Shown here: piece by piece, positions 1-9,157 of the stretch | How the letters are laid out: each line of letters starts with the position of its first letter | Numbering within the stretch: the stretch's first letter is position 1 | IMG/VR virus record: IMGVR_UViG_3300008259_004660 | Location: 96,001-160,000 of that record | From: a virus | Reading direction: 5' to 3' (one strand) | DNA: 64,000 nt | Position numbers and translations under genes: made by a program | Notes under the pieces: model-generated | Databases searched by the model: none | The model's input: only the letters and a program-made list of their open reading frames with translations | Told to the model about the DNA's origin: nothing

Positions 1-174
1 GGTGGTGGAGGCGGTGGCGGATTTGCTGGATCGGGAGGAGCCGGTGGGGGCGACAATGATTTCGGGGGAGAAGCTGGAACAAATGGATATATGTGGACAG
101 GATCAATAGCGGCACTTGTATCATGGCAAACACCAAGTAGTTCAAGTGGAAATGGGTTTGTTAAAATTTACTAA
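1..174 (+). CDS. 3' end of a glycine-rich protein (partial; likely tail-fibre/virion protein)
   Basis: Frame 1 is open from the window edge: GGGGGGGFAGSGGAGGG...GNGFVKIY, with TAA at 172-174. Gly-rich C-termini of this kind are typical of phage fibre proteins. Confidence 0.6.
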   Translation, partial: GGGGGGGFAGSGGAGGGDNDFGGEAGTNGYMWTGSIAALVSWQTPSSSSGNGFVKIY

Positions 175-177
175 TAT

Positions 178-1617
178 ATGTCTAATACAATTGCATCACA
201 TGGTTATCCAACAGGAAGTGTTTTTGGAAACATTGGAGAAATAATTGGAACAGACGTAGGTCAAGCGTATTATAAACAATTGTTTGATACACAAAATGTG
301 GGATGGGTCAATCCAAGAACTCCAACGCCAACACCAAGTCCTACACCAACACCAACACCAGTTCCTGCTACTATAAGTAATTTTTTGTGTGAGACACTAC
401 ACGCGACAGCATCTACAAAATGTAACAACGAATTTAAATTACAATGGTCAACAACAGACGTTTCTGATTTGGTATATTCAGTTGAATGGGGAAGAGCGGC
501 AACAGCGGCAGACCCAGTTTATATTCTTGGATCATCAGCGACCACAATAACAAGTAGTACATTATTTTCTCCTACACCATTCTTATCGATTCCAAAAGGA
601 AATTTTGAACTCGGATTCACCAGACCATCTGGTGTTCAGGATACCGCAAAAATATTTGTTTCAACAATTGGTTCAAGAAAAATAGATTCTGCCAGATTAT
701 ATTCATACAACTCTGGGTCAAACACAGTATATATGGCTGTTGAGAATATATCTGGAAAATATATCTATCATATCAGAAACTCTGACGGAAAGGTTAGCGG
801 AAGTACTGGAGGATTTATCAGCAGTATTATAAGTGGATCTTCAAGACAAGTAATGTCAGTTACAAATTCTGGTAGAGATACCACTGAATTATTTGAAATA
901 ATTGAACCGATTGATACATTGTCTTTTGATCCAAGAGAAGTGAAGCCATGTTTTTCAATAGCACCCACGGCAACACCAACACCTACACCAACACCCGCTC
1001 CGACTACCACGCCAACGCCAACCACGACACCAACACCGACGCCGTCACTTACACCGACGCCTACGCCAACGGAAACTGGTGCGCCTACATTTACACCAAC
1101 CCCAACAGGTGCTCCAACTGCAACACCAACGCCAACACCGTCGTTGACCGCAACACCAACGCCAACAACAACGCCAACTCCTACACCAACGGCAGCACCT
1201 TCTCAATTTTTCACTCACTCATTTTGGTTAGACTTTGATAATCTAGGTAGAGCTTCAGCGTCATGGTTGGATGGAAATAATGTGGTGCAAACAAATGCAA
1301 TAACATCAGGTACTCCATTTACAACATGTATAAATGGATCATGCGCAAGACAAGACTCTATTTCAGTAATACATGGAACAAATTACAGAATAGCAAGTAC
1401 TTGTGGTGGGTTAGATCCTCGTTCTGCTTCATTTCAAATTGACGTTCTTACAAATTTGAACGGAGAATATAATTTTACATATAAAGATCCTTATGGAGTA
1501 ACCAGAATTGCATCTGGAGTGGCTTCACCGAGTACAAACACATATTCAGTTGCATGTGGATTCCAAATAGTTTCACAAACACTTGGTGTCGCATCATTGT
1601 CATCTCGTCGCTGCTAA
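178..1617 (+). CDS. Thr/Pro-repeat (mucin-like) putative virion fibre/appendage protein
   Basis: 479 aa. Two (TP)n blocks separate Ser/Thr-rich beta-type domains; the C-terminal domain contains Cys. Confidence 0.7.
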   Translation: MSNTIASHGYPTGSVFGNIGEIIGTDVGQAYYKQLFDTQNVGWVNPRTPTPTPSPTPTPTPVPATISNFLCETLHATASTKCNNEFKLQWSTTDVSDLVYSVEWGRAATAADPVYILGSSATTITSSTLFSPTPFLSIPKGNFELGFTRPSGVQDTAKIFVSTIGSRKIDSARLYSYNSGSNTVYMAVENISGKYIYHIRNSDGKVSGSTGGFISSIISGSSRQVMSVTNSGRDTTELFEIIEPIDTLSFDPREVKPCFSIAPTATPTPTPTPAPTTTPTPTTTPTPTPSLTPTPTPTETGAPTFTPTPTGAPTATPTPTPSLTATPTPTTTPTPTPTAAPSQFFTHSFWLDFDNLGRASASWLDGNNVVQTNAITSGTPFTTCINGSCARQDSISVIHGTNYRIASTCGGLDPRSASFQIDVLTNLNGEYNFTYKDPYGVTRIASGVASPSTNTYSVACGFQIVSQTLGVASLSSRRC

Positions 1618-1751
1618 TATTTAAAACAGAAAAATGTTCTGAAAAATCCCTTGATGTAAAACCACGGATTTTTTCTTTGTTGAAGACACCTTCCTATACA
1701 GCGCAGATGTATATAAGCATGCCTAGCTCTATCTGACACTGTAAATCTCAT
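1614..1751 (-). CDS. Small basic/aromatic ORF (45 aa), absent from the ORF track
   Basis: Hand translation gives [45 protein letters not shown]. It fills the intergenic gap and is preceded on its own strand by tandem TATTTATT (1757-1768). Confidence 0.35.
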   Translation of the reverse strand: MRFTVSDRARHAYIHLRCIGRCLQQRKNPWFYIKGFFRTFFCFKY

Positions 1752-1791
1752 ATCGTAATAAATAAATAGTTATTTTTTTATTAAAAAGACA

Positions 1792-1819
1792 TTGACTTTA
1801 CATAAAATGGTGTCATTGT
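1792..1819 (+). promoter_or_regulatory. Putative sigma70-type early promoter
   Basis: TTGACT, 16 nt, then (TG-n)CATTGT, 9 nt before the ATG at 1829. Confidence 0.4.
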
Positions 1820-1828
1820 ATTTCGCGT

Positions 1829-2020
1829 ATGAGTAATACAACAAACAACAATATTAAACGTGGTCGCGGTCGTCCTCGCAAGGAGTCCACAATTAAAGCC
1901 GCCAATAAAAATGAAAATATTGATACTGGTATTCCTGCGCTCTTGGAACCAAACAGTCACGACATTCACGACGAACTGGCTCGTATGGATAGTTACATTT
2001 ATTCTCAGTACAACGAATAA
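1829..2020 (+). CDS. Small AT-hook DNA-binding protein
   Basis: KRGRGRPRK AT-hook core in a 63-aa protein. Confidence 0.6.
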   Translation: MSNTTNNNIKRGRGRPRKESTIKAANKNENIDTGIPALLEPNSHDIHDELARMDSYIYSQYNE

Positions 2021-2028
2021 AAACAAGC

Positions 2029-2220
2029 ATGAATAATAACACTGCTGAAAAAACAGAAACCGCAATGTATGCCGTTTTCCGAAATGGCTTCCGCGTTAGC
2101 GACTCGGAGTATGACTCCAAGCTAGACGCCCAACGAGAGTTGGATTATTGGGGAGGAATTATCAAGCGCCATCCTGATGGTAGTAAGCTTGAGATTCGTC
2201 AACTTAACTATCGTCGATAA
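2029..2220 (+). CDS. Hypothetical protein
   Basis: 63-aa ORF in tandem operon spacing. Confidence 0.6.
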   Translation: MNNNTAEKTETAMYAVFRNGFRVSDSEYDSKLDAQRELDYWGGIIKRHPDGSKLEIRQLNYRR

Positions 2221-2226
2221 AATATT

Positions 2227-2430
2227 ATGACAGGACTAAGACAAAAAATTCTACTAGCTACTTCCGAGGAAGAAGTAAAGAAGCTTGTAGCCGAAGGTAA
2301 AACATACGAATTTGCAAGTGTAAAGACTCGCAATTCGTGGGGAAATGCCGCTCGCAGAAAGTCTGCTGGTGAGAAGTATATTCCCACCAAGGCAGAAAAG
2401 CCCAAGAAGAAAGCTCGACGCAGTCGATAA
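2227..2430 (+). CDS. Small basic hypothetical protein
   Basis: 67 aa with a Lys/Arg-rich C-terminus, followed by a terminator. Confidence 0.6.
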   Translation: MTGLRQKILLATSEEEVKKLVAEGKTYEFASVKTRNSWGNAARRKSAGEKYIPTKAEKPKKKARRSR

Positions 2431-2436
2431 AAATAT

Positions 2437-2459
2437 GGGGAGCGAAAGCTCCCCTTTTT
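2437..2459 (+). terminator. Intrinsic terminator
   Basis: GGGGAGC-GAAA-GCTCCCC followed by TTTTT. Confidence 0.85.
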
Positions 2460-2463
2460 ATTC

Positions 2464-2922
2464 ATGAAAAAAATTTCCAAGAAAGAAAATGCGGCGATAC
2501 ATTGTGATTTACTTGAAGTGAATCCATTGTTTGGTGCAATGTGGCAAAGCTTTGAGCCGATGATATTTGAAGAAGAAGCGGAGAGTGTTGAATTGGAAAT
2601 ATGCAACAATAATTTCAGAATCGTTGCCAATGAAAACTTTTGGAAAAAGTGTAAGAATAAAAGAAAAATTTTTGTTATTTGTCACGAAATGTGTCATGTG
2701 ATTTTTGGACATTGGCTCATCAATTCAAATTTTGATAGAGAATGGGCAAATATAGCACAAGACATTGTGGTAAATGAATATCTTTCAAAATATTTTGATG
2801 AAAAGATAATTGGAAAAGATGTAGCCAACATTAAAACAGTATTTAAACATAAATCCGATATAGTAGAACGTAGGCTTGATTATGTATATTATTATGATCT
2901 TTTGATGCAATGTAGATCATAG
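2464..2922 (+). CDS. HExxH putative metallopeptidase domain protein (resembles the N-terminal domain of VWA-associated peptidases)
   Basis: FVICHEMCHV motif followed by NIAQDIVVNE. Confidence 0.6.
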   Translation: MKKISKKENAAIHCDLLEVNPLFGAMWQSFEPMIFEEEAESVELEICNNNFRIVANENFWKKCKNKRKIFVICHEMCHVIFGHWLINSNFDREWANIAQDIVVNEYLSKYFDEKIIGKDVANIKTVFKHKSDIVERRLDYVYYYDLLMQCRS

Positions 2923-2931
2923 TTATTTGAT

Positions 2932-3153
2932 ATGATGGTAGAGATCAAAGAGGACGAGCTTAAAACCAGAAAATTAAATGCTGGTGTGTTTATTTGCAAG
3001 TCGTGCAAAGACAACAAAGGAAAAATCGTTATGGTACAATATAAAACCAACGCGGAACCCGGAGTTTATTATCAATTTTGCGACGATTGTATGAAACTTA
3101 TGGGTACATGTGTACCATGTAAATCCAAATTGCCACCTAAGCCCCAACGCTGA
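2932..3153 (+). CDS. Small Cys-rich (zinc-binding) protein
   Basis: Three CxxC pairs (CKSC, CDDC, CVPC). Confidence 0.5.
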   Translation: MMVEIKEDELKTRKLNAGVFICKSCKDNKGKIVMVQYKTNAEPGVYYQFCDDCMKLMGTCVPCKSKLPPKPQR

Positions 3154-3415
3154 TTGGACCCCATCTTGGTGGCTTATCTGGACACTGTGAATGTGGCATA
3201 TATAGTTTCATAGTACTGCATCCACACAACATGCATTTACCTATGTTGTTGTATCCTGTTTTATCCCAATTAGGACAAGCCAAGCATATATCTTTTCTTT
3301 GTTGAAATTGTTCGTCTGAAACTTTCTGGAATCCATCTTTTGTTGCCCAATTAACTGCGGCAGTTCCTAGACTTTTTGCTTTGTCTATCAAATTTGGTTC
3401 TTTGCTTATATCCAT
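3137..3415 (-). CDS. Small Cys-rich phage protein (DUF6171-like pattern)
   Basis: R-x2-IC-x2-C...C-x2-CGC...K...CP...W pattern. It is the only well-supported minus-strand gene. Confidence 0.65.
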   Translation of the reverse strand: MDISKEPNLIDKAKSLGTAAVNWATKDGFQKVSDEQFQQRKDICLACPNWDKTGYNNIGKCMLCGCSTMKLYMPHSQCPDKPPRWGPISVGA

Positions 3416-3429
3416 AATACTTATATGTA

Positions 3430-3822
3430 GTGTTTGACCAAAATAAAAAATTAAACATACCTAAAAATTTTATCCTATTCGGACATAAGTATACTGTTGT
3501 TATAAAAAAAGATCTGTTTGAAACAGAAGGATGTTATGGAAATGCGGACGAAGATTTGAAATTAATCCAGCTACAGGGCGAAGGTGTGGTAAAAAGAAAA
3601 TACGAGGAAAATGGAAACACCTTTGAATCTGACATGACTATAACAAATGAAATGGTTATAGAAACATTCTTCCACGAGGTTATGCATATTGTGTTTGATG
3701 CAATGGGTGAAGAAGAACTGTCCGAGAATGAAAAGTTGGTGAATATATTAGGGAAAGCGTGGTTGGAGATATATTTATCTTCAGTATATGATCAAAAAGA
3801 CTCCGAAAAAAAAGAAGTCTAA
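3430..3822 (+). CDS. HExxH metallopeptidase-like phage protein
   Basis: ETFFHEVMHIV plus a downstream ENE; GTG start. Confidence 0.6.
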   Translation: MFDQNKKLNIPKNFILFGHKYTVVIKKDLFETEGCYGNADEDLKLIQLQGEGVVKRKYEENGNTFESDMTITNEMVIETFFHEVMHIVFDAMGEEELSENEKLVNILGKAWLEIYLSSVYDQKDSEKKEV

Positions 3823-4159
3823 TTCAAAGGTCACAGTAAAACACGAAGTTGTTGAACTTCCTTCCAACAACAAGGAGATGGAAGATTATGTTCTCTCCAA
3901 TCGGTTAGAAATAAATGAAAAAATATTAGATAACATAGAGTTTGCATTAAAAAATAAACTCGGTGGCGTTGAAATGTTTTGTTTCAAAAATTCAAATTTT
4001 GTTGTGGTATTGAATCGTAGAGACTTCAAGGAAAGTCTGCAAAACATATACGAATTTAGTATGAGTAACGAAAAATTTGAGGTCTGTATAAGAGTTAAAA
4101 ATCTTATCGACCTTGCTGATAAGTTCGGGTTCATCTATAACTACAAAACCAAAAAATAA
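3788..4159 (+). CDS. Hypothetical protein
   Basis: 123-aa ORF overlapping the previous gene. Confidence 0.6.
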   Translation: MIKKTPKKKKSNSKVTVKHEVVELPSNNKEMEDYVLSNRLEINEKILDNIEFALKNKLGGVEMFCFKNSNFVVVLNRRDFKESLQNIYEFSMSNEKFEVCIRVKNLIDLADKFGFIYNYKTKK

Positions 4160-4161
4160 AT

Positions 4162-4932
4162 ATGTCAAAAAAGAAAAGACTACAAAATAGGAAGATAAAA
4201 CAAGAAGAACAAATCAAATCTCAAATACCACCAAAAGACAAAAGTCCAGTAGTCCATCAACGAAACAAAATAGAACATTATTTGACAATATTACACAGAG
4301 AACTTACAGAGAAACAAAAAAAATTTATTGAATTAGCGTTAGACAAAAAAGTAAAATTGCTATTAGTATCGGGACCAGCGGGATCAACAAAAACATATCT
4401 TTCAGTTCTTGCAGCGTTGCTGTTAATGAATGAAAAGAAGATCAGCGACATTGTTTATGTTCGTAGTATCGTTGAAAGTGCCGACGTTAAAATGGGAACA
4501 TTACCCGGAGAAGCTGACGACAAATTATCTCCATATAAACGTCCACTTATCGATAAACTTGACGAACTTCTTCCAAAAGAAGACATTCAATATTTGATCA
4601 AAGATAACCGCATAGAAGGATTGCCAATTGGATATTTGCGCGGTCTTAACTGGAATGCAAAGGCAATCGTGGCAGATGAAATGCAAAATTGTACAAAGAA
4701 AGAGTTGGTTACGCTTATGACAAGAACGGGCGAATTTAGTAAAGTATTTGTGTGCGGCGACCCACAACAATCAGACATCAACGGAAGAAGTGGATTTCAA
4801 AGCATTTTCAATTTGTTCAATGACGATGAAAGTAAAGAGCATGGCATATATACATTTGAATTTACAGAGGACGACATATTAAGAAGTGCGCTAGTGAAAT
4901 TCATAGTGCAAAAAATCAAAAATCTAGGATAA
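4162..4932 (+). CDS. phoH: PhoH family ATPase
   Basis: GPAGSTKT P-loop, G.LPGE..DK..P motif, IGYLRG, ADEMQN, TRTG and GDPQQSD. Confidence 0.93.
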   Translation: MSKKKRLQNRKIKQEEQIKSQIPPKDKSPVVHQRNKIEHYLTILHRELTEKQKKFIELALDKKVKLLLVSGPAGSTKTYLSVLAALLLMNEKKISDIVYVRSIVESADVKMGTLPGEADDKLSPYKRPLIDKLDELLPKEDIQYLIKDNRIEGLPIGYLRGLNWNAKAIVADEMQNCTKKELVTLMTRTGEFSKVFVCGDPQQSDINGRSGFQSIFNLFNDDESKEHGIYTFEFTEDDILRSALVKFIVQKIKNLG

Positions 4933-4996
4933 TACATATAATAACTGCTTTTTTATAAAAGCCATCCAAATGGTATATATTTTTCTATTTGGGTGA

Positions 4997-5004
4997 TATT
5001 TATA
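4997..5004 (+). promoter_or_regulatory. Putative late-promoter motif TATTTATA
   Basis: 13 nt upstream of the ATG at 5018; recurrent motif. Confidence 0.55.
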
Positions 5005-5017
5005 ATGAAAAGATACT

Positions 5018-7525
5018 ATGTCCAATCAGAAAACAACCCAACTTCGTAGAGTCAGTGGCAGTCAACTTGTTTTTGGCGACTTGATTCCGTTGGTTGATAT
5101 TTCTGAAAATACATCTCCTACCGGAGAAACAAAAGCAATTTATGCTGGCGAGTTGGCCCAGTATATCATTTCTGGTGGACTTTTGAATGTTGCACTACCA
5201 AGACAGCCATACCAAACAACAAATGGTTTGGCTTTTAGTCAATCATCCAGCTACACTCCGGGATCAGGAACATCAAGTTATAATCTTCGTTGTTATGGAA
5301 ATTTTCCACAAGTGGGATCAAATTTCAGTTTGATGGTTCGCGGATTTATACCATCAACAATTTTGACAGAAGCAAATCCAAGAGTTTTGTTTGGTGTTGG
5401 AAATTCTCCTGACAATATAACATCGGGTGGACAGTCTGCATATATTGGCATTGAAGATTATGACTTGATTGGATATACAGACGATGGTGTTGCAACTAAG
5501 AAAATCATATTCAGCGATTTCATTGACAATTATTCTGACAGAGTATTTGAAGCTGTATTGACCAGAGATTCTTCAAGCTTGTTGAATTTGTATGTAAACA
5601 ATTCAAAGATTGGAGTTGGACTCAGTGGATCTGCCAGCACTATTACAAGTTCATATATCACATTAGGAAATGGTGACCAAACATTGCCAAACATTGAATG
5701 TACAATTTATGAGGCACATGTTTTTAATAAAGCACTTACTCAAGCTGAAGTAAATACATTGTTTTATGGTGGAGTAAGAAATTCTGATCCATATTTAGTA
5801 TCTTCATATACTCCAGTGAATTTGAATCCGGGTCCAACACAATGGTTGGATTCAAAAAGTTCAAATCACCTTCTACTTCCTACCAGCGGAGCAAAAGCAA
5901 CAAATCCAGATAAAGAATTCAGTTTAAGATTTGCAAATGATGGTACATCCAGTTTTCTTGGAAATGGAACCGAGCGAGCAATTCTTCCAGAAGGTTATGT
6001 TTTAACGGATGCGTTTGTATATTCTTCTGGCTCTCCACTTTTATCCATTGGGTCTACATCATCAGCCGCGCCGGTTGGAGCAAGTGGAATATATTCTTGG
6101 AACAACAACAGAGTTGCTTTGACAGAAGCAAAATACAGCAGAAATAATTTGCAACTTCTAGAATTGGGCGTCGCGCATAAAGACAGAAGTATATTCGTAT
6201 ATTACAGCGCAAGTGCGGCACCATGCACATTTAGTTTTGAAGGATATGTCGCAGAATATGGAGAGATTGTTTATTATCCACCAACACCTACACCAACGCC
6301 TACTCCAACTTTAACCGCAACACCAACGCCTACTCCAACTTTAACCGCAACACCAACGCCTACTCTAACTCTTACACCAACACCAACACCAACGGTTGGA
6401 CCTACACCAACACCAACACCAACGGGTGCGCCTACTTCAACGCCAACACCAACACCAACAACTGCTCCTACGGCAACTCCAACTCCGACACCAACATCAA
6501 CACCGCCCGGAGCACCAACTGCGACACCAACTCCAACTCCTACTCTGGGAATTCCATCAGTAGATGTTGCTCCTCAAGGAAGTGTTCCTGCTTACATAAA
6601 TATTCCATTTAATATAACAAGTACCGGAGCTTCAAATAATCTTAACAACATAACTTCTCACACAATATATGAGAGAAGTGGACCAACAGATCCTCCGACC
6701 GGAGGATGGGTGTCTTCTACGCTTACTAATCAGAGCCAAACTTCTTTACCATCAACAACATCAACCCGAGTTGATAGATACGACAACCCAGCACCAAGCA
6801 TAGCGGGTTATTATCAATTCAAAGCCGAGATTGTTGTCAACTCGGTTACATACACATCTATTTTATCGTCTGTATATTACATAGCAGCTGCACCAACGGC
6901 GACACCAACACCAACGGCAACTGTAGCAACGGCGACACCAACACCAACGCCGACCGCAACTGGAAACCCAACAAACACACCAACACCAACACCAACTGCT
7001 ACAATAGCACAAACAAACACACCAACACCAACACCAACTGCTACAATAGCACAAACAGACACGCCAACACCAACACCGACTGCTACAATAGCACAAACAG
7101 ACACGCCAACACCAACACCGACTGCTACAATAGCGCCGGACTGTGCATGCTATGATCTTGTCTGTAATTCAAACGGTGACTTTTCTGGAACCCACTACGA
7201 TTGCAGTACAGGAAATGCAGTAAGTGTAACTGATACAGGAAACGCGCCGGGACAAGTTATCCAATCGGTGTGTGCAAGATCTTCAAATCCAGCTGCACCT
7301 AATGCGTCGGTAGGATCTTATACACAAGTTTGGCCGGCATGCCCATGCCCGGGTGCAACAAGTACACCAACGCCAACGCCAACAATTGGAGCAACCAATA
7401 CCCCAACACCTACACCAACAGAAGCGCCGACGCCAACGCCGACCCCGACAACATACGGTGGGTTTGCACCTCCACCCGAAGGGGAGGACATAGGAGCAAA
7501 CTCACAAAACGTACCTTTCCCATAA
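5018..7525 (+). CDS. Virion fibre-like protein: LamG/concanavalin-like domain, (TP)n mucin-like linkers and a Cys-rich domain
   Basis: N-terminal KTTQL...DLIPLVD...TKAI fibre-anchor-like motif, LamG-like [16 protein letters not shown], several TP blocks, and a Cys-rich module near the C-terminus. Confidence 0.7.
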   Translation: MSNQKTTQLRRVSGSQLVFGDLIPLVDISENTSPTGETKAIYAGELAQYIISGGLLNVALPRQPYQTTNGLAFSQSSSYTPGSGTSSYNLRCYGNFPQVGSNFSLMVRGFIPSTILTEANPRVLFGVGNSPDNITSGGQSAYIGIEDYDLIGYTDDGVATKKIIFSDFIDNYSDRVFEAVLTRDSSSLLNLYVNNSKIGVGLSGSASTITSSYITLGNGDQTLPNIECTIYEAHVFNKALTQAEVNTLFYGGVRNSDPYLVSSYTPVNLNPGPTQWLDSKSSNHLLLPTSGAKATNPDKEFSLRFANDGTSSFLGNGTERAILPEGYVLTDAFVYSSGSPLLSIGSTSSAAPVGASGIYSWNNNRVALTEAKYSRNNLQLLELGVAHKDRSIFVYYSASAAPCTFSFEGYVAEYGEIVYYPPTPTPTPTPTLTATPTPTPTLTATPTPTLTLTPTPTPTVGPTPTPTPTGAPTSTPTPTPTTAPTATPTPTPTSTPPGAPTATPTPTPTLGIPSVDVAPQGSVPAYINIPFNITSTGASNNLNNITSHTIYERSGPTDPPTGGWVSSTLTNQSQTSLPSTTSTRVDRYDNPAPSIAGYYQFKAEIVVNSVTYTSILSSVYYIAAAPTATPTPTATVATATPTPTPTATGNPTNTPTPTPTATIAQTNTPTPTPTATIAQTDTPTPTPTATIAQTDTPTPTPTATIAPDCACYDLVCNSNGDFSGTHYDCSTGNAVSVTDTGNAPGQVIQSVCARSSNPAAPNASVGSYTQVWPACPCPGATSTPTPTPTIGATNTPTPTPTEAPTPTPTPTTYGGFAPPPEGEDIGANSQNVPFP
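6291..6370 (+). repeat. 30-bp coding tandem repeat, about 2.7 copies
   Basis: caccaacgcctactccaactttaaccgcaa repeated at 6291, 6321 and partly at 6351. Confidence 0.85.
6971..7138 (+). repeat. 42-bp coding tandem repeat, 4 copies (T[N/D][12 protein letters not shown])
   Basis: Four near-identical units visible in both DNA and protein. Confidence 0.85.
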
Positions 7526-7532
7526 TATTTAA

Positions 7533-7751
7533 ATGAAAGAATATATAAACAGAAGTTTTAGTATAGTTACTGAAAATTTACTCAAGTGTAAAGCTGAGAA
7601 TTTCAAGGTGTTTTATGAGAACGAATTAAATCAATCATTCGAAATTGGTGGATATATGATAAATGGAGATTATACTTTTGTAAAAATGAAAGAAGCTGGA
7701 AACTTTTTCAGAATAAAAGACAACGAAAAGATATACATTCTTCGCAATTAA
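7533..7751 (+). CDS. Hypothetical protein
   Basis: 72-aa ORF. Confidence 0.5.
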   Translation: MKEYINRSFSIVTENLLKCKAENFKVFYENELNQSFEIGGYMINGDYTFVKMKEAGNFFRIKDNEKIYILRN

Positions 7752-7809
7752 TTTTTCGTTGTTTATAATGGTTTTAAAAATAATAGTATAGACAAGCATT
7801 ACTAAAAAT

Positions 7810-7826
7810 GTAGATATAATATCTAC
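7810..7826. promoter_or_regulatory. 17-bp palindrome overlapping TATAAT (operator-like)
   Basis: GTAGATAT-A-ATATCTAC, with TATAAT at 7815-7820. Confidence 0.45.
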
Positions 7827-7859
7827 TATGCAAAATAATACGATTTAATTTATTATTGC

Positions 7860-7887
7860 TTGCATATATATGATAAAAGTCTATAAT
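7860..7887 (+). promoter_or_regulatory. Putative sigma70-type promoter of glycosylation cluster 1
   Basis: TTGCAT, 16 nt, TATAAT, 10 nt before the ATG at 7898. Confidence 0.5.
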
Positions 7888-7897
7888 ACAAAGTTAT

Positions 7898-9157
7898 ATG
7901 AAAAAAAATAATGATCTAATATTCGTGCAGATAGCATCATATCGTGATCCAGAATTGGTTCCTACCATCAAGGACATGATTGCCAAAGCGAAACATCCAG
8001 AAAAATTAACATTTGGTATTTGTTGGCAAAAAGATGAAACGGAAAATCTTGATGAATTCATCGACAATCCAAATTTCAGAATTGAAACATATCATTATTC
8101 AGAAAGCCAAGGACTGGGTTGGGCTAGAAACATAACAAACAAGTTGTATCGTGGGGAAAAATACACCTTGCAGATTGATAGTCACCATCGTTTTGTTCAA
8201 GATTGGGATGCAATGATTCTTGAAGATTATGATCAGGCTTTGTCGGTTGCAAAAAAACCAATCATAAGCACATATTGTACACCATTTGACACTGCGTTGC
8301 CGATTGAAAAAGCAAGCCCAGTACCATGCTTGATGTCACAATATGAATTTAGCAATGACAAACTTTTGATGAGCATGCCTCATTACATTGGAGATTATGA
8401 GAAGCGAACCAAAATTATTCGCGCTCGCACGTTGAGTGGACATTTCTTTTTTGTTGCTGGAAAATTTATTGAAGAAGTACCATATGATCCAGACATTTAT
8501 TTTGGTGGATACACTGAAGAAACAACTATGAGTGTTCGTGCATATACACATGGATATGATTTCTTCAGCCCATACAGAATGATTATGTGGCATGAATATA
8601 CTCGCAAATATCGTCCAAAGCATTGGGATGATCACGGCAAGGAAAGTGCCACAAAGAAGACAAGTGGTGAGAGAGATATTTATGCAAGAAAGAAAACTCG
8701 CCAATTGTTCGGACAAGAAGAACATGGAATTGATATGGGAATTTATGGATTAGGAAAGGTTCGCTCTTTGCATGATTATGAAGTATACGGAGGTTTTAAT
8801 TTCAAAGCATGTAAAATACAAGATTATACTCTATTGGTAAAAGAACCACCGAATCCACCTGATTGGGAGGCGCAATTCAAAAAAGAAAGACTCAAAATGA
8901 ATGTTGCATGGGATGTAGGACATTTCATGGAAGAAGACACTGGAGATTTTGAATTCATCACATTTGGCGTCGTTGACAAATATGACACAAATTTGTTCAG
9001 AGTTGATTTCAAACCATCAACTCATCCTGAAATATTCACATACAAGAAAAGTTCAATTGATGTAGAGATAATTTCAGATAACAAGCCAGACAGAGTAATA
9101 ATGTATTCTTTTAGCAAATCAAAACAGTGGGGTAAGCGTTACGAGAAAAAACTATGA
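7898..9157 (+). CDS. GT60-like polypeptide/hydroxyproline N-acetylhexosaminyltransferase (Skp1 Gnt1 / GlcNAc-T family)
   Basis: IFVQIASYRDPEL, GLGWAR, YTLQIDSHHRFVQDWD, SGHFFF, YFGG..EE..MSVRAYTHGYD and WHEY motifs. Confidence 0.8.
   Translation: MKKNNDLIFVQIASYRDPELVPTIKDMIAKAKHPEKLTFGICWQKDETENLDEFIDNPNFRIETYHYSESQGLGWARNITNKLYRGEKYTLQIDSHHRFVQDWDAMILEDYDQALSVAKKPIISTYCTPFDTALPIEKASPVPCLMSQYEFSNDKLLMSMPHYIGDYEKRTKIIRARTLSGHFFFVAGKFIEEVPYDPDIYFGGYTEETTMSVRAYTHGYDFFSPYRMIMWHEYTRKYRPKHWDDHGKESATKKTSGERDIYARKKTRQLFGQEEHGIDMGIYGLGKVRSLHDYEVYGGFNFKACKIQDYTLLVKEPPNPPDWEAQFKKERLKMNVAWDVGHFMEEDTGDFEFITFGVVDKYDTNLFRVDFKPSTHPEIFTYKKSSIDVEIISDNKPDRVIMYSFSKSKQWGKRYEKKL

Noticed and set aside
768-1238. 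Antisense and alternate-frame ORFs over the TP repeats (768-1025, 948-1238; likewise 6863-7104 and 18725-18954)
   Set aside because: These are shadows of stop-poor ACN-CCN repeats (VGVGVG or WCWC patterns), fully inside better-supported genes.
6291-7138. Tandem repeats as a possible CRISPR array or origin iterons
   Set aside because: The units are contiguous with no unique spacers, lengths are multiples of 3, they are in frame within a CDS, and there are no cas genes.
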